64,000 nt of DNA from Thermoleophilaceae bacterium (GTDB taxonomy: Bacteria > Actinomycetota > Thermoleophilia > Solirubrobacterales > Thermoleophilaceae), in the NCBI GenBank assembly GCA_030448005.1, contig JAUJNT010000005.1, positions 23,710 through 87,709 of the forward strand, read 5' to 3'. The translations under genes and the position numbers were made by a program. The notes under the pieces were generated by a model, which had not been told where the DNA came from, made no database searches, and saw only the letters and a program-made list of their open reading frames with translations. This document shows, in pieces, positions 19,234 to 27,927 of the stretch. Position 1 is the first letter of the stretch; every line of letters begins with the position of its first letter.

Positions 19234-19253
19234 GGCCGGAGCGTCCCTTTGCC

Positions 19254-19270
19254 AGCGGCCCGGGGCCGCT
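19254..19270 (+). terminator. GC hairpin downstream of the propeller/phosphoesterase gene
   Basis: AGCGGCC-CGG-GGCCGCT, a 7-bp perfect stem 21 nt after the stop. No U tract. Confidence 0.4.
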
Positions 19271-19564
19271 TAGGGTGCGTGCATGCGGCGGCTGTGGTGA
19301 AGGACCGCGGACCTTCCGGGCGCGCTCCCTGAGCGCCTTCACCCTCGCCGCCTTCCTGGCCATGCGTCCGGCGGGTGGGGGGACGGCGAGGCGAGCTGCC
19401 GCGCCGCCATCGAGGCGGGGGATACCCATACGAGCGTCCAGACCCGCGCGCGGGCGGTGCGGCAATCCGGCTTTGCCATGGCCCTCAAGCTTCGGGCGCG
19501 GCGCCGCGCCGAGTGAGCTTCATCGGCCGACCGCGCGGAGGTTTGGCTGACGAGAGCGTTCGCT

Positions 19565-21220
<1,656 letters not shown>

Positions 21221-21414
21221 AGAGCGATCACCATAGAGAGGACCGCCGCGGGCGAGGCATCAGGTGGCTGCCTCGCACCCTCCCCCCGCAAGGATGTGAG
21301 CTGCCGAGCGCCCTGCTGTCAGCGGGGTAATCGCCGATCCGCGGTGCGGGGCTAAAGAAGAGCACTCCGCTTGCCGAATATGGGTGCAGGCAAGTAGAAG
21401 GGAGTGGTAACCAA

Positions 21415-21564
21415 ATGCCCCAGCCGGTTGGACTTGATACCCGCCACCAGCGGCTCGACCGCGAACGGCTGGAGGAAGACGCGCTGTTCAGGGCCTCTTG
21501 GTGGGCAGCATCGACCGCGTTCGCCGCGGTGACGTGGCTTTTTCTGATCACGCTGCTCTTCTAG
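21415..21564 (+). CDS. 49-aa tail-anchored small membrane peptide (paralog of 24973..25119)
   Basis: Below the ORF-track size cut-off. Sequence is MPQPVGLDTRHQRLDRERLEEDALFRASWWAASTAFAAVTWLFLITLLF. Similarity to the element copy begins at the SD (GGGAG) and start codon and ends at the stop codon. Confidence 0.5.
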   Translation: MPQPVGLDTRHQRLDRERLEEDALFRASWWAASTAFAAVTWLFLITLLF

Positions 21565-21671
21565 CCGCTCTCGCCCGACCAGGGCCACTAGAGAAGACGC
21601 CGGCAACGCGGTTTCTGACGAGCGCCGTTGGCGGAGTGTCCGGCTCGCCCGTCCGAACCTCCCCATCGCCC

Positions 21672-21731
21672 GCTCGCTACGCGGTGCCGTCCTACGGACG
21701 ACGCTCGCTGCGCTGTGCCGCTACGGACGAC
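21672..21731. repeat. Two tandem ~30-nt units (GCTCGCTACGCGGTGCCGTCCTACGGACGAC / GCTCGCTGCGCTGTGCCGCTACGGACGAC)
   Basis: Read directly. Lies in non-coding DNA between peptide A and the next gene. Confidence 0.7.
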
Positions 21732-21838
21732 CCCAGAGAGGACGCTGCCTCAGACGCCAGTCCCCCCTCCCCGCCACCCGCTTCGGACGCTCCCCAATTT
21801 TCATCAGCCCGCGACCGCCCGCACCATGGGCAGCTCAA

Positions 21839-22150
21839 CTAGCCGCCAATACTGGGGCGGTAGTCGACGACCTCGTAGTGCGAGATCTCGGGCGGCTCCG
21901 CCACTGCCCCGCTGTCCACCATCGCCTGCCGCGCCTGCTGAATCTCGGGATCTTGGAACGCCTGCTCCGAACCTTCATCGCTCTCCCAGAGATTGAGAAC
22001 GAGCATGCCTTCCGGCGTCCGCGCTGCCACATGAAGGAGGTTTCCGTAGTCCGGTGCCTTCCGTTCCATCACCGGATCTATGTGCTCGCGCTTAGCGGCG
22101 AGCAACTTCTCCGGGTCGCCGGAGCTGCGAATGATGGTGAGCCGTTGCAT
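21839..22150 (-). CDS. Hypothetical protein, possibly dimeric alpha/beta-barrel (ABM-like) fold
   Basis: ATG 22150 after GGGGAGG; 103 aa. The upstream part of ORF 21839..22333 looks non-coding. The fold call is a weak impression only. Confidence 0.5.
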   Translation of the reverse strand: MQRLTIIRSSGDPEKLLAAKREHIDPVMERKAPDYGNLLHVAARTPEGMLVLNLWESDEGSEQAFQDPEIQQARQAMVDSGAVAEPPEISHYEVVDYRPSIGG

Positions 22151-22378
22151 ATTGGCCTCCCCGTGAGTTGAGGGGCCGACCATAACGAGCGCAGCTATGG
22201 CGGTCAACCGTCCGAAGCGATGTCCGGACGACTTGGTCAGAAGCTGGTCCAATGCCGCGACTTCGCACCTAAAGGACGCTCGGGTTCTCCGCCCCCATCC
22301 CGGCCCTCCTCCGCGGGGGAAGGGTGCAGTCATCTTGTCCTCTTGCTCGGGGTGACGGCCGTGCTGGTGGAGGTGGCG

Positions 22379-22425
22379 CCAGTAGCTCCGCCTGGATTTG
22401 AACCAGGGACCTCACCATTATGAGT
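22379..22425 (-). repeat. attR: 47-nt copy of the 3' part of tRNA-Met (direct repeat of 32224..32270)
   Basis: CCAGTAGCTCCGCCTGGATTTGAACCAGGGACCTCACCATTATGAGT is identical at both sites. The flanks diverge immediately. Confidence 0.9.
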
Positions 22426-22493
22426 TGACCCTGGGAGTTGCGGACGTTTGCGGTTAGCCCGTTCAATCCCGCGCTGAGACTGGCGATACCGCA

Positions 22494-23645
22494 CTAGCTG
22501 GCCTTCTCCATCGGCTCGGCGTTTGCGGCTGTCCCCGGGTGTCCTGTTGCCCATCTGTTGCCCACCTTGACCGCTTCATCGAGGAAGGCCGCATCGCCCA
22601 CGCCGTCGTCCATCAGGTGGATGTACGTCCTGAGCGTGAAAGCCGGGTCAGCGTGCCCGAGCCAAGCCGATACCTGCTTCACGTCGCGGCCCGCCTCGAA
22701 CAGCAGGGAGGCGCACGTGTGCCTGAGCGTATGGAAGGTCGCCCACGGCACACCTGCCTGGTCGGTCGCCGGGTTGAACACTCGGCGGCGCAGGTTGGAG
22801 TCCGAAAGCGGCGTCCCTGCATCGGTCGTGAACACCCGGTCTGTCGGTTGCCTCCCGGCACTTAGCGTCCAGAGCCGGCGAGCCATCGCGGGGGAGAGGG
22901 GAACGTCTCGGCGGGAGCCGTCCGACTTGAGCTGCCCCACCTCCCCCCGACAGTCCTGGCGGCGGATCAGCAGCCTGGGGTGGTTGCCGAACTCCACGTC
23001 GCCCCACTCGAGCCCGATCGCCTCCGAGATCCTGAGCCCGCTGTGGGCGAGCAGCTCGAAGAACAGCCGCCAGTCCTCGGGTAGCGCCTCGAGCAGGCGT
23101 CCCAGCTCGGCGCGGGTGAGCGCCTTGGCGTCGGGCTCGTGGTCGGCTTCGTGGCGCTGCCCGCCGATCCTCACCTCCCTGGCCGGGTTGATTCTCAGCG
23201 CCCCGTCCTCCACTGCGGTGGCGAACATGGCCCGCAACGGGGCGAGCACCCGGCGAACAGTTCCGGGGCGAAGGCCCTTCGCCTCGAGCGTCGTCACGAA
23301 AGCCCGCACGTCCGGGGCCTCAACCTCAGACAGCTTGAGCCGCCCGAGGTGCGGATAGACCCACCGTTCTAGGTCTGCCCTGTACGAGCGCCTGGTGCGC
23401 TCTGAGAGCCCTCTGGCGGTGCGTCCGCGGTAGCCGTCGACCCATCGGCGGCAGTAGTCCTCGAGCGGCTCTCTGGAGGTTGGCCGGCGTTCGCCAGCGT
23501 CCCTCTGTCCCTTGGCCTCGCGGGCCTCATCGAGCGTGCGGTGAAACGACTTGTGCTGCTTCCCGCGGTGCCGCCAGACAACGACGTAACGACCACCCCG
23601 GCGATAGATGCCGGGGTGGCGGGTCTTTTCCATCTTGGCGGCCAT
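22494..23645 (-). CDS. int: Tyrosine-type site-specific integrase with N-terminal arm-binding (AP2-like) domain
   Basis: GIYRRGGRYVVVWRHRGKQHKSF N-domain. Catalytic-region motifs HSGLRISEA, HTLRHTCASLL, LGHADPAFTLRTYIHL. ATG 23645 after GGGAGGG; shares 1 nt with the upstream stop. Confidence 0.9.
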   Translation of the reverse strand: MAAKMEKTRHPGIYRRGGRYVVVWRHRGKQHKSFHRTLDEAREAKGQRDAGERRPTSREPLEDYCRRWVDGYRGRTARGLSERTRRSYRADLERWVYPHLGRLKLSEVEAPDVRAFVTTLEAKGLRPGTVRRVLAPLRAMFATAVEDGALRINPAREVRIGGQRHEADHEPDAKALTRAELGRLLEALPEDWRLFFELLAHSGLRISEAIGLEWGDVEFGNHPRLLIRRQDCRGEVGQLKSDGSRRDVPLSPAMARRLWTLSAGRQPTDRVFTTDAGTPLSDSNLRRRVFNPATDQAGVPWATFHTLRHTCASLLFEAGRDVKQVSAWLGHADPAFTLRTYIHLMDDGVGDAAFLDEAVKVGNRWATGHPGTAANAEPMEKAS

Positions 23646-23851
23646 CAGGCCTGCCCTCCCGCGGGCGCCACAACCGGGCGCCCGGCGGCCTGCGCGGCGT
23701 ACCGGTGACAGACGAGGAGATCCTCGCGATCCCCGGGAGGCAGGCCCGGGACCTTCAGGGCCTCGCCGAACGCATCCATCACGAGCCCCCACGCGCGTGA
23801 GGCGGCCGCGTCATCGACTGCGAGCGCCGGCACCACTGTGAGCGGCGCCAT
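23645..23851 (-). CDS. Hypothetical protein (68 aa), translationally coupled to int
   Basis: AAGGTGG SD 7 nt before ATG 23851. TGATG overlaps at both ends. No motif recognised. Confidence 0.5.
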   Translation of the reverse strand: MAPLTVVPALAVDDAAASRAWGLVMDAFGEALKVPGLPPGDREDLLVCHRYAAQAAGRPVVAPAGGQA

Positions 23852-24216
23852 CAGCTCGCCACCTTCTGTCCCTGCATGTGCCCATGGAACGCGAGCATGG
23901 ATCGCCCCTCGCGCTCGTCGCGTTCCGGGTCGGCGAGAAACTTTCGATCGGGCTTCGCCCGCTGCGAGTGGACGTCGGACATCAGCTCGTTACCCGCCTC
24001 CCAGGCGTGCTCGAGGAACGCAGCCAGCAGGTCGTCGGGCATTGAAACCTCGCCCGACCACGATCCGACTATCGGGTTGATCGGCAACGACTCTTCGATG
24101 CCCAGCAGCACGCGGAGCTGGCCGGCGTCCTCCGCTTCGCACGCCATCTCGAAGTGGCGTTGGTACAGGTAGCGCAGCCCGTCGACGTGCTCGGGGTGAA
24201 TGGTGATCGTCGCCAT
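23851..24216 (-). CDS. Hypothetical protein (121 aa)
   Basis: ATG 24216 lies 7 nt after GGGAGGTGG. TGATG junctions with both neighbours. No motif recognised. Confidence 0.55.
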   Translation of the reverse strand: MATITIHPEHVDGLRYLYQRHFEMACEAEDAGQLRVLLGIEESLPINPIVGSWSGEVSMPDDLLAAFLEHAWEAGNELMSDVHSQRAKPDRKFLADPERDEREGRSMLAFHGHMQGQKVAS

Positions 24217-24596
24217 CAGGCCACCTCCCTTTCCATCCACGCTTCCTCAAGGAGCCCCTTACCTGCGATCACCGCGTCGATCTTCTCCACCGTCTTGTTC
24301 CCGACGCCTTCCATCGCGGCCACCTCGTGGCGCGGCCAGCGCCGAACAAGCTCCTCGACCGTCTGAATGTCCTGCCCGGTGCAATGCTGGGAGCTAAGGC
24401 GGTCAAGGGTTTCGCCCTTGATGCCAACGTCGTGTAGGGGCGTCCCTCCCTTCTCGCGGCGGATCCCCGACTGCACGCGGGCTTCCAGCTCCCACAGGAG
24501 TGCCTTGTCCTTCCCCACCAAGTACATGAGGACGGCTTCGGTTATGTAGCGAACGTCCCTCAGCTCGCGGCGTAGGTGCTCAACTTCACTCGGCAT
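24216..24596 (-). CDS. Hypothetical DNA-binding protein with C-terminal helix-hairpin-helix resembling the RNA polymerase alpha CTD
   Basis: IQTVEELVRRWPRHEVAAMEGVGNKTVEKIDAVIAGKGL resembles the alpha-CTD HhH. SD GAAGGGAG. First gene of the four-gene int operon. Confidence 0.5.
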   Translation of the reverse strand: MPSEVEHLRRELRDVRYITEAVLMYLVGKDKALLWELEARVQSGIRREKGGTPLHDVGIKGETLDRLSSQHCTGQDIQTVEELVRRWPRHEVAAMEGVGNKTVEKIDAVIAGKGLLEEAWMEREVA

Positions 24597-24603
24597 TGCT
24601 GCT

Positions 24604-24626
24604 CCCTTCGGTTGGGCTCCGAAGGG
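24604..24626 (-). promoter_or_regulatory. 8-bp perfect hairpin whose 3' arm contains the SD of gene 24216..24596
   Basis: In the mRNA sense: CCCUUCGG-AGCCCAA-CCGAAGGG followed by AGCAGC-AUG. GAAGGGAG is the only SD-like sequence present. Confidence 0.4.
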
Positions 24627-24775
24627 ACCGGCTGGCGACGGGCTGCGCGGATAGTCTGCGCGGCGTCATCGGAGCTAGGACCTCCGGTGGCCACGGGGCG
24701 GGCCGTTCACGCGGCGCCGCCCCACTTGTATGGACGGGGCCCACCCTACGCCTCCTCGGCCCCGGCTGCAAGAGC

Positions 24776-24793
24776 GGTGTCGCATGCGACAGT
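24776..24793. promoter_or_regulatory. 18-nt motif GGTGTCGCATGCGACAGT containing a perfect 14-bp palindrome (copy 1 of 2)
   Basis: Identical 18-mer at 30935..30952. TGTCGCA/TGCGACA is a perfect dyad. Sits ~180 nt upstream of the int-operon start. Confidence 0.6.
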
Positions 24794-24972
24794 GCGGCCG
24801 AGCCTCATGCGGCCATGAACCCCGTTTTGAGTCAGGGGCGTCCGGGCATATTTGCTTCTGAGTTCGACTTCGGCGGGTCCGCTCCACGGTGGGGGCACGG
24901 AACTCAGGCCCGTCCCCTTGACGGACTTCGGCCGTGCAGGACGGTCCGGAGGACAGGAACGGAGACCTAACG

Positions 24973-25119
24973 GTGCCCCACCCCACTGCACTGGGTGCCC
25001 TCCAGCAACGACCCGCCCGGGAGCCGAAGGCGAGGCCGCTCTTCGTGGTCTCCTCGTGGGCGGCAATGATCGCGTTCTCGGCGGCGACGTGGCTCTTGCT
25101 CATCACGCTGCTCTTGTAG
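24973..25119 (+). CDS. 48-aa tail-anchored small membrane peptide, opposite strand to the element's operons
   Basis: GTG 24973 lies 8 nt after GGAG. VPHPTALGALQQRPAREPKARPLFVVSSWAAMIAFSAATWLLLITLLL aligns end to end with the 21415..21564 product. Confidence 0.5.
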   Translation: MPHPTALGALQQRPAREPKARPLFVVSSWAAMIAFSAATWLLLITLLL

Positions 25120-25158
25120 CCTGCCGCGCCGTCAGCGGTCATCGTCACTCCTCGTCTG

Positions 25159-25359
25159 TCAGCGCCGAGCGCCACCGCTCGAGCTCGAGCGCTGCCGCGG
25201 GGAACGCCCCGCGTCCGAGTGCTGCTCCTCGTCATCTATGGACACGGCGCGGCCGGCAACCCTTTGGGATTGCGCTCGCTGGGTCCGCTGCTTCGGCGCT
25301 TCCGCCTCGTCAGTCAAGACGACGTAGGCGCGGCCGGGACATCTGGGCATTCCTAACAC
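25159..25359 (-). CDS. Hypothetical protein (66 aa)
   Basis: GTG 25359 lies 6 nt after AAGGAG at the end of the upstream gene. Polar, low-complexity tail. Weak coding look. Confidence 0.35.
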   Translation of the reverse strand: MLGMPRCPGRAYVVLTDEAEAPKQRTQRAQSQRVAGRAVSIDDEEQHSDAGRSPRQRSSSSGGARR

Positions 25360-25362
25360 TTG

Positions 25363-26079
25363 CTACTCCTTCCGATCGAAGCTAAGTCCGTACTCGATTT
25401 GGGATAGCTGCCAGGTGGGGAGCCGCATACCGGGGGGAAGCTGGGGCTTGAGGCTCACCGCCGGGTCGAAGACAATCCGTTCGTATGAGAGGACGATGCA
25501 GTGGTCGAGGAAGGGGTTGTCGGCGTTCCCCATCTCCACGCCGACAGCGGCCATAGCGGCCTCATCGACGCGCCCCCCGATAACGCCCACCCATCGGTCG
25601 CGATCGACTGGTACGGCGTCGTGGATCACGAGCCGCAAGCCGCGGCCACTCAGCCACTGCTCGATTCTCGCCCAGGAGTCGCGGGAGATCTCCTCCGGAT
25701 CCTCGCCAGCACGTACGCGCTGATCTAGATGCAGATCGGGCACCTGGTCCACCGGGATCTGTGTTGCCGTGGCGAGGGCCACCCGGAGACAACCATCCGG
25801 GCGGGTCGGATGCATGCAGTAGCCGACCCCGTCGTCCCCCAGCTGCACGACCGGGTGTTGGGGCTGCGACGCCCAAATCTCGCGAGCGTGCGCGCCCGGT
25901 GTGTGGGCAAGTGCGCCGGGGGCAGTGAGCGGGTGGCTCGGTTTCGCACCTGCCGCACTTTGGCTGCAACGCTCGGCCTGGCGGCGCTCAGCCTTGCGCC
26001 GCTCACGGCGCTCAGCCTTACGGCGCTCAGCCTCGCGGCGGTCGGCCTTACTGCCCTTCTTGCGGGAGTGGCGGCTCAC
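25363..26079 (-). CDS. Hypothetical protein: basic AERRK-repeat N-terminus plus C-terminal domain with Cys/His pair (possible papain-like peptidase)
   Basis: GTG 26079 forms a GTGA overlap with the HNH stop. [24 protein letters not shown] repeat. Candidate catalytic residues in [12 protein letters not shown] and FLDHCIVL. Confidence 0.55.
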   Translation of the reverse strand: MSRHSRKKGSKADRREAERRKAERRERRKAERRQAERCSQSAAGAKPSHPLTAPGALAHTPGAHAREIWASQPQHPVVQLGDDGVGYCMHPTRPDGCLRVALATATQIPVDQVPDLHLDQRVRAGEDPEEISRDSWARIEQWLSGRGLRLVIHDAVPVDRDRWVGVIGGRVDEAAMAAVGVEMGNADNPFLDHCIVLSYERIVFDPAVSLKPQLPPGMRLPTWQLSQIEYGLSFDRKE

Positions 26080-26357
26080 CACTCCCGACTCCAAACTCGC
26101 GGGGGGCACACGTCGCTGCCGGGGGATGTCCGGGGCGAGCGCCGGCCGGAAGTTGCCCTGTTGCAGCCGGAGTGCTCTGGCCCCGTATATCGGGAGCGGT
26201 CGCGGTCATCGTGGCCGAGGTCCCACCGCTCGCCGGGGAGGATCGGCAGACCGCACCGTGCGCACCGGGCCTTTCCCGCAGCGACTAGCGGCTCAAGCCG
26301 CTTCCGTAGCTGCTGGTGGCGGCTGCCGTAGCCCCTCTTTGCCGTATCGCCGGCCAT
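26076..26357 (-). CDS. HNH endonuclease (actinophage-type)
   Basis: [14 protein letters not shown]...[20 protein letters not shown]...GPEHSGCNR is the classic HNH/zinc-finger layout. Confidence 0.8.
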   Translation of the reverse strand: MAGDTAKRGYGSRHQQLRKRLEPLVAAGKARCARCGLPILPGERWDLGHDDRDRSRYTGPEHSGCNRATSGRRSPRTSPGSDVCPPRVWSREW

Positions 26358-26473
26358 CTAGCGGACCTTTCCGCGGCGGGGAGAGAGATCCCTGACGGGG
26401 CGGGGGTCAACGCGGAGGTGCCCTTCGAGGCCCCCGGACCCCCCCTCCCGCAAACTGCGACTCTGCTCGCGGC

Positions 26474-26770
26474 TCATGCTTCCGTCGCCCCGTGGATGGC
26501 GTCGGCCAGCTCGCTCACCACTCGCTCGTACAGGTCGCCGGTCGTGGGGTCGCCGTCCAGGGCTCGCTCGAGCACGGCGGGAAGCTCGGCACGGTTAAGC
26601 CCGTGGGCTATTGCGGCTTCGACGGCCGGACGCAACAGATCCTTGACCTTTGCGAAAAGTGCGAAGCGCTCCTCTAGCGTCCACTGCTCGAGGGGGTGGC
26701 GTTGCTTCACCTGCACCGGGGAGAACCGCACGCGGGCCGGCGCGGGGAAGCCACCTCCTCTGCGGTTCAT
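26474..26770 (-). CDS. Hypothetical protein (98 aa)
   Basis: ATG 26770 in an ATGA overlap with the upstream stop. Helical, no motif. Confidence 0.5.
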   Translation of the reverse strand: MNRRGGGFPAPARVRFSPVQVKQRHPLEQWTLEERFALFAKVKDLLRPAVEAAIAHGLNRAELPAVLERALDGDPTTGDLYERVVSELADAIHGATEA

Positions 26771-27159
26771 AGTCGCCACGTCGGGCACCTCCCCGATCCG
26801 CGGTCGCCGAGGTCCCATGGCTTGCGGGCGGGCGCCATACGACGTGTGCCGGTGTCGGGTCGGCTTCGGGCCCGGGCGACCATCAGCCTCATCTCGGACG
26901 CGGTGAGCTTGTCTTGTGGGTCGGCGTTCGTGAAGAGCTCGGGCCGCTGACGGACCGCGGGGTGATCGGGTGCAAAGCGGTCGCGCCTCGGGTGCAGACG
27001 CTCGCGCCGGCCATCGACCGTGACCGTGACCGGGGCTTTCGGGGTGACCATTCCCTCACCCTGCAGCGTGCGCCGCCTCTTGCGGCTGGGAGCGGGCGTG
27101 GCCGGGGGTTGAGGGTTTGTCGGTAGGTGAGCCGCGGCTATCTCGACACGGCCCCTCAT
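26767..27159 (-). CDS. Hypothetical protein (130 aa)
   Basis: ATG 27159 in an ATGA overlap with the stop of the frame-shifted upstream gene. Basic/proline-rich N-terminus. Confidence 0.45.
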   Translation of the reverse strand: MRGRVEIAAAHLPTNPQPPATPAPSRKRRRTLQGEGMVTPKAPVTVTVDGRRERLHPRRDRFAPDHPAVRQRPELFTNADPQDKLTASEMRLMVARARSRPDTGTRRMAPARKPWDLGDRGSGRCPTWRL

Positions 27160-27561
27160 CGCTTCACCGTCGCCCTCGGATCCACGAATGCGTCGGGTGC
27201 GAGCCGCACCAGCTCGGCGTCCCGCGGCACGACCGTACCCACGGGAAGCTGCGTAAGGCGCTTGGCCCCGGCCTCCCACACTCGGAGCGGCTTACGGGTC
27301 ACGAGGGCATCGAGGGTTCTCAGTGCCTCGTAGACGACCGCGTCGACTTCGGTTGCAACCTCGTCCTGGCCGGCGGGTCAGCTGCGCCGGCCTGATCGGC
27401 GTGCCGTCCGGGACCCAGTGCTCGAAGTGCTCGCGCACGAGCGGGTCATCGCCGCGACGGCGCTCGCCAGCGCGGAGCGTGGTTTGGAGGTCGAAGCTAA
27501 TCGAGTCGCGGCACTGGTACACGGCGTTCGGGTCGGGCTTGCTCTTGGTCTTGGTTGGCAT
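27156..27561 (-). pseudogene. Hypothetical gene split by a +1 frame change near 27365-27377
   Basis: ATG 27561 lies 6 nt after GGAGAA. The first ~65 codons look coding, then GC3 collapses. The +1 frame continues as PAGQDEVATEVDAVVYEALRTLDALVTRKPLRVWEAG...ATVKR, with high GC3, and ends in ATGA coupling at 27156. Confidence 0.5.
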
Positions 27562-27657
27562 CTTCACTTCTCCTTTGGGTTCAGGCTTGCGGTCGAAGCC
27601 TCGACCACGGCTTGAGGGTTTGTCGGTATCTGAGCGTCACGGCCTCGGCTCGAGTTC

Positions 27658-27927
27658 TCACGGTCGCTTCGCCCCTCCGCTCGCCACGTACTGGCGCAAC
27701 TCGGCAGGGTCGAAAATCAAGCGGGAGCCGTCGCGGTGGACGGGGATCCGGCCTGCGGACACGAGGCTGTAGATCCTGGAGGTGGGGCATGAGAGAAACT
27801 CGGCAGCGCCGGCCACGTCGAGGTAGCCGGCGGGCTCGGCCTGGTGGTCGGCCAAGCGCTCGAGCACACGGTTTGCGACGGCGTCCACGAGCGCGTCGGG
27901 GAGGTCGATCCAAAGTCCCTGGCTCAC
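27658..27927 (-). CDS. HTH_17 / excisionase-family DNA-binding protein
   Basis: LDVAGAAEFLSCPTSRIYSLVSAGRIPVHRDGSRLIFDPAELRQYV. GTGA overlap with the primase/helicase stop. Confidence 0.75.
   Translation of the reverse strand: MSQGLWIDLPDALVDAVANRVLERLADHQAEPAGYLDVAGAAEFLSCPTSRIYSLVSAGRIPVHRDGSRLIFDPAELRQYVASGGAKRP

Noticed and set aside
21340-21600. Possible tmRNA or other structured RNA behind the two conserved blocks at 21.4 and 25.0 kb
   Set aside because: No tRNA-like acceptor/T-arm ends and no Ala-Ala-stop tag frame. Conservation is bounded exactly by an SD/start and a stop codon on the + strand, which fits a small CDS better.
22426-22493. Second tRNA fragment suggested by GTTCAATCCC at ~22470
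   Set aside because: No complementary T-stem or acceptor stem could be drawn. It is most simply the integrase-proximal arm of the element.
24675-25235. 186-aa minus-strand ORF (and 21228..21551) sharing KSHV..A.NA..AH.E
   Set aside because: It shares wobble positions with the + strand peptide frame, so its conservation is a by-product. The remainder is Arg/Ser/Trp-rich junk, and similarity does not respect its start or stop.
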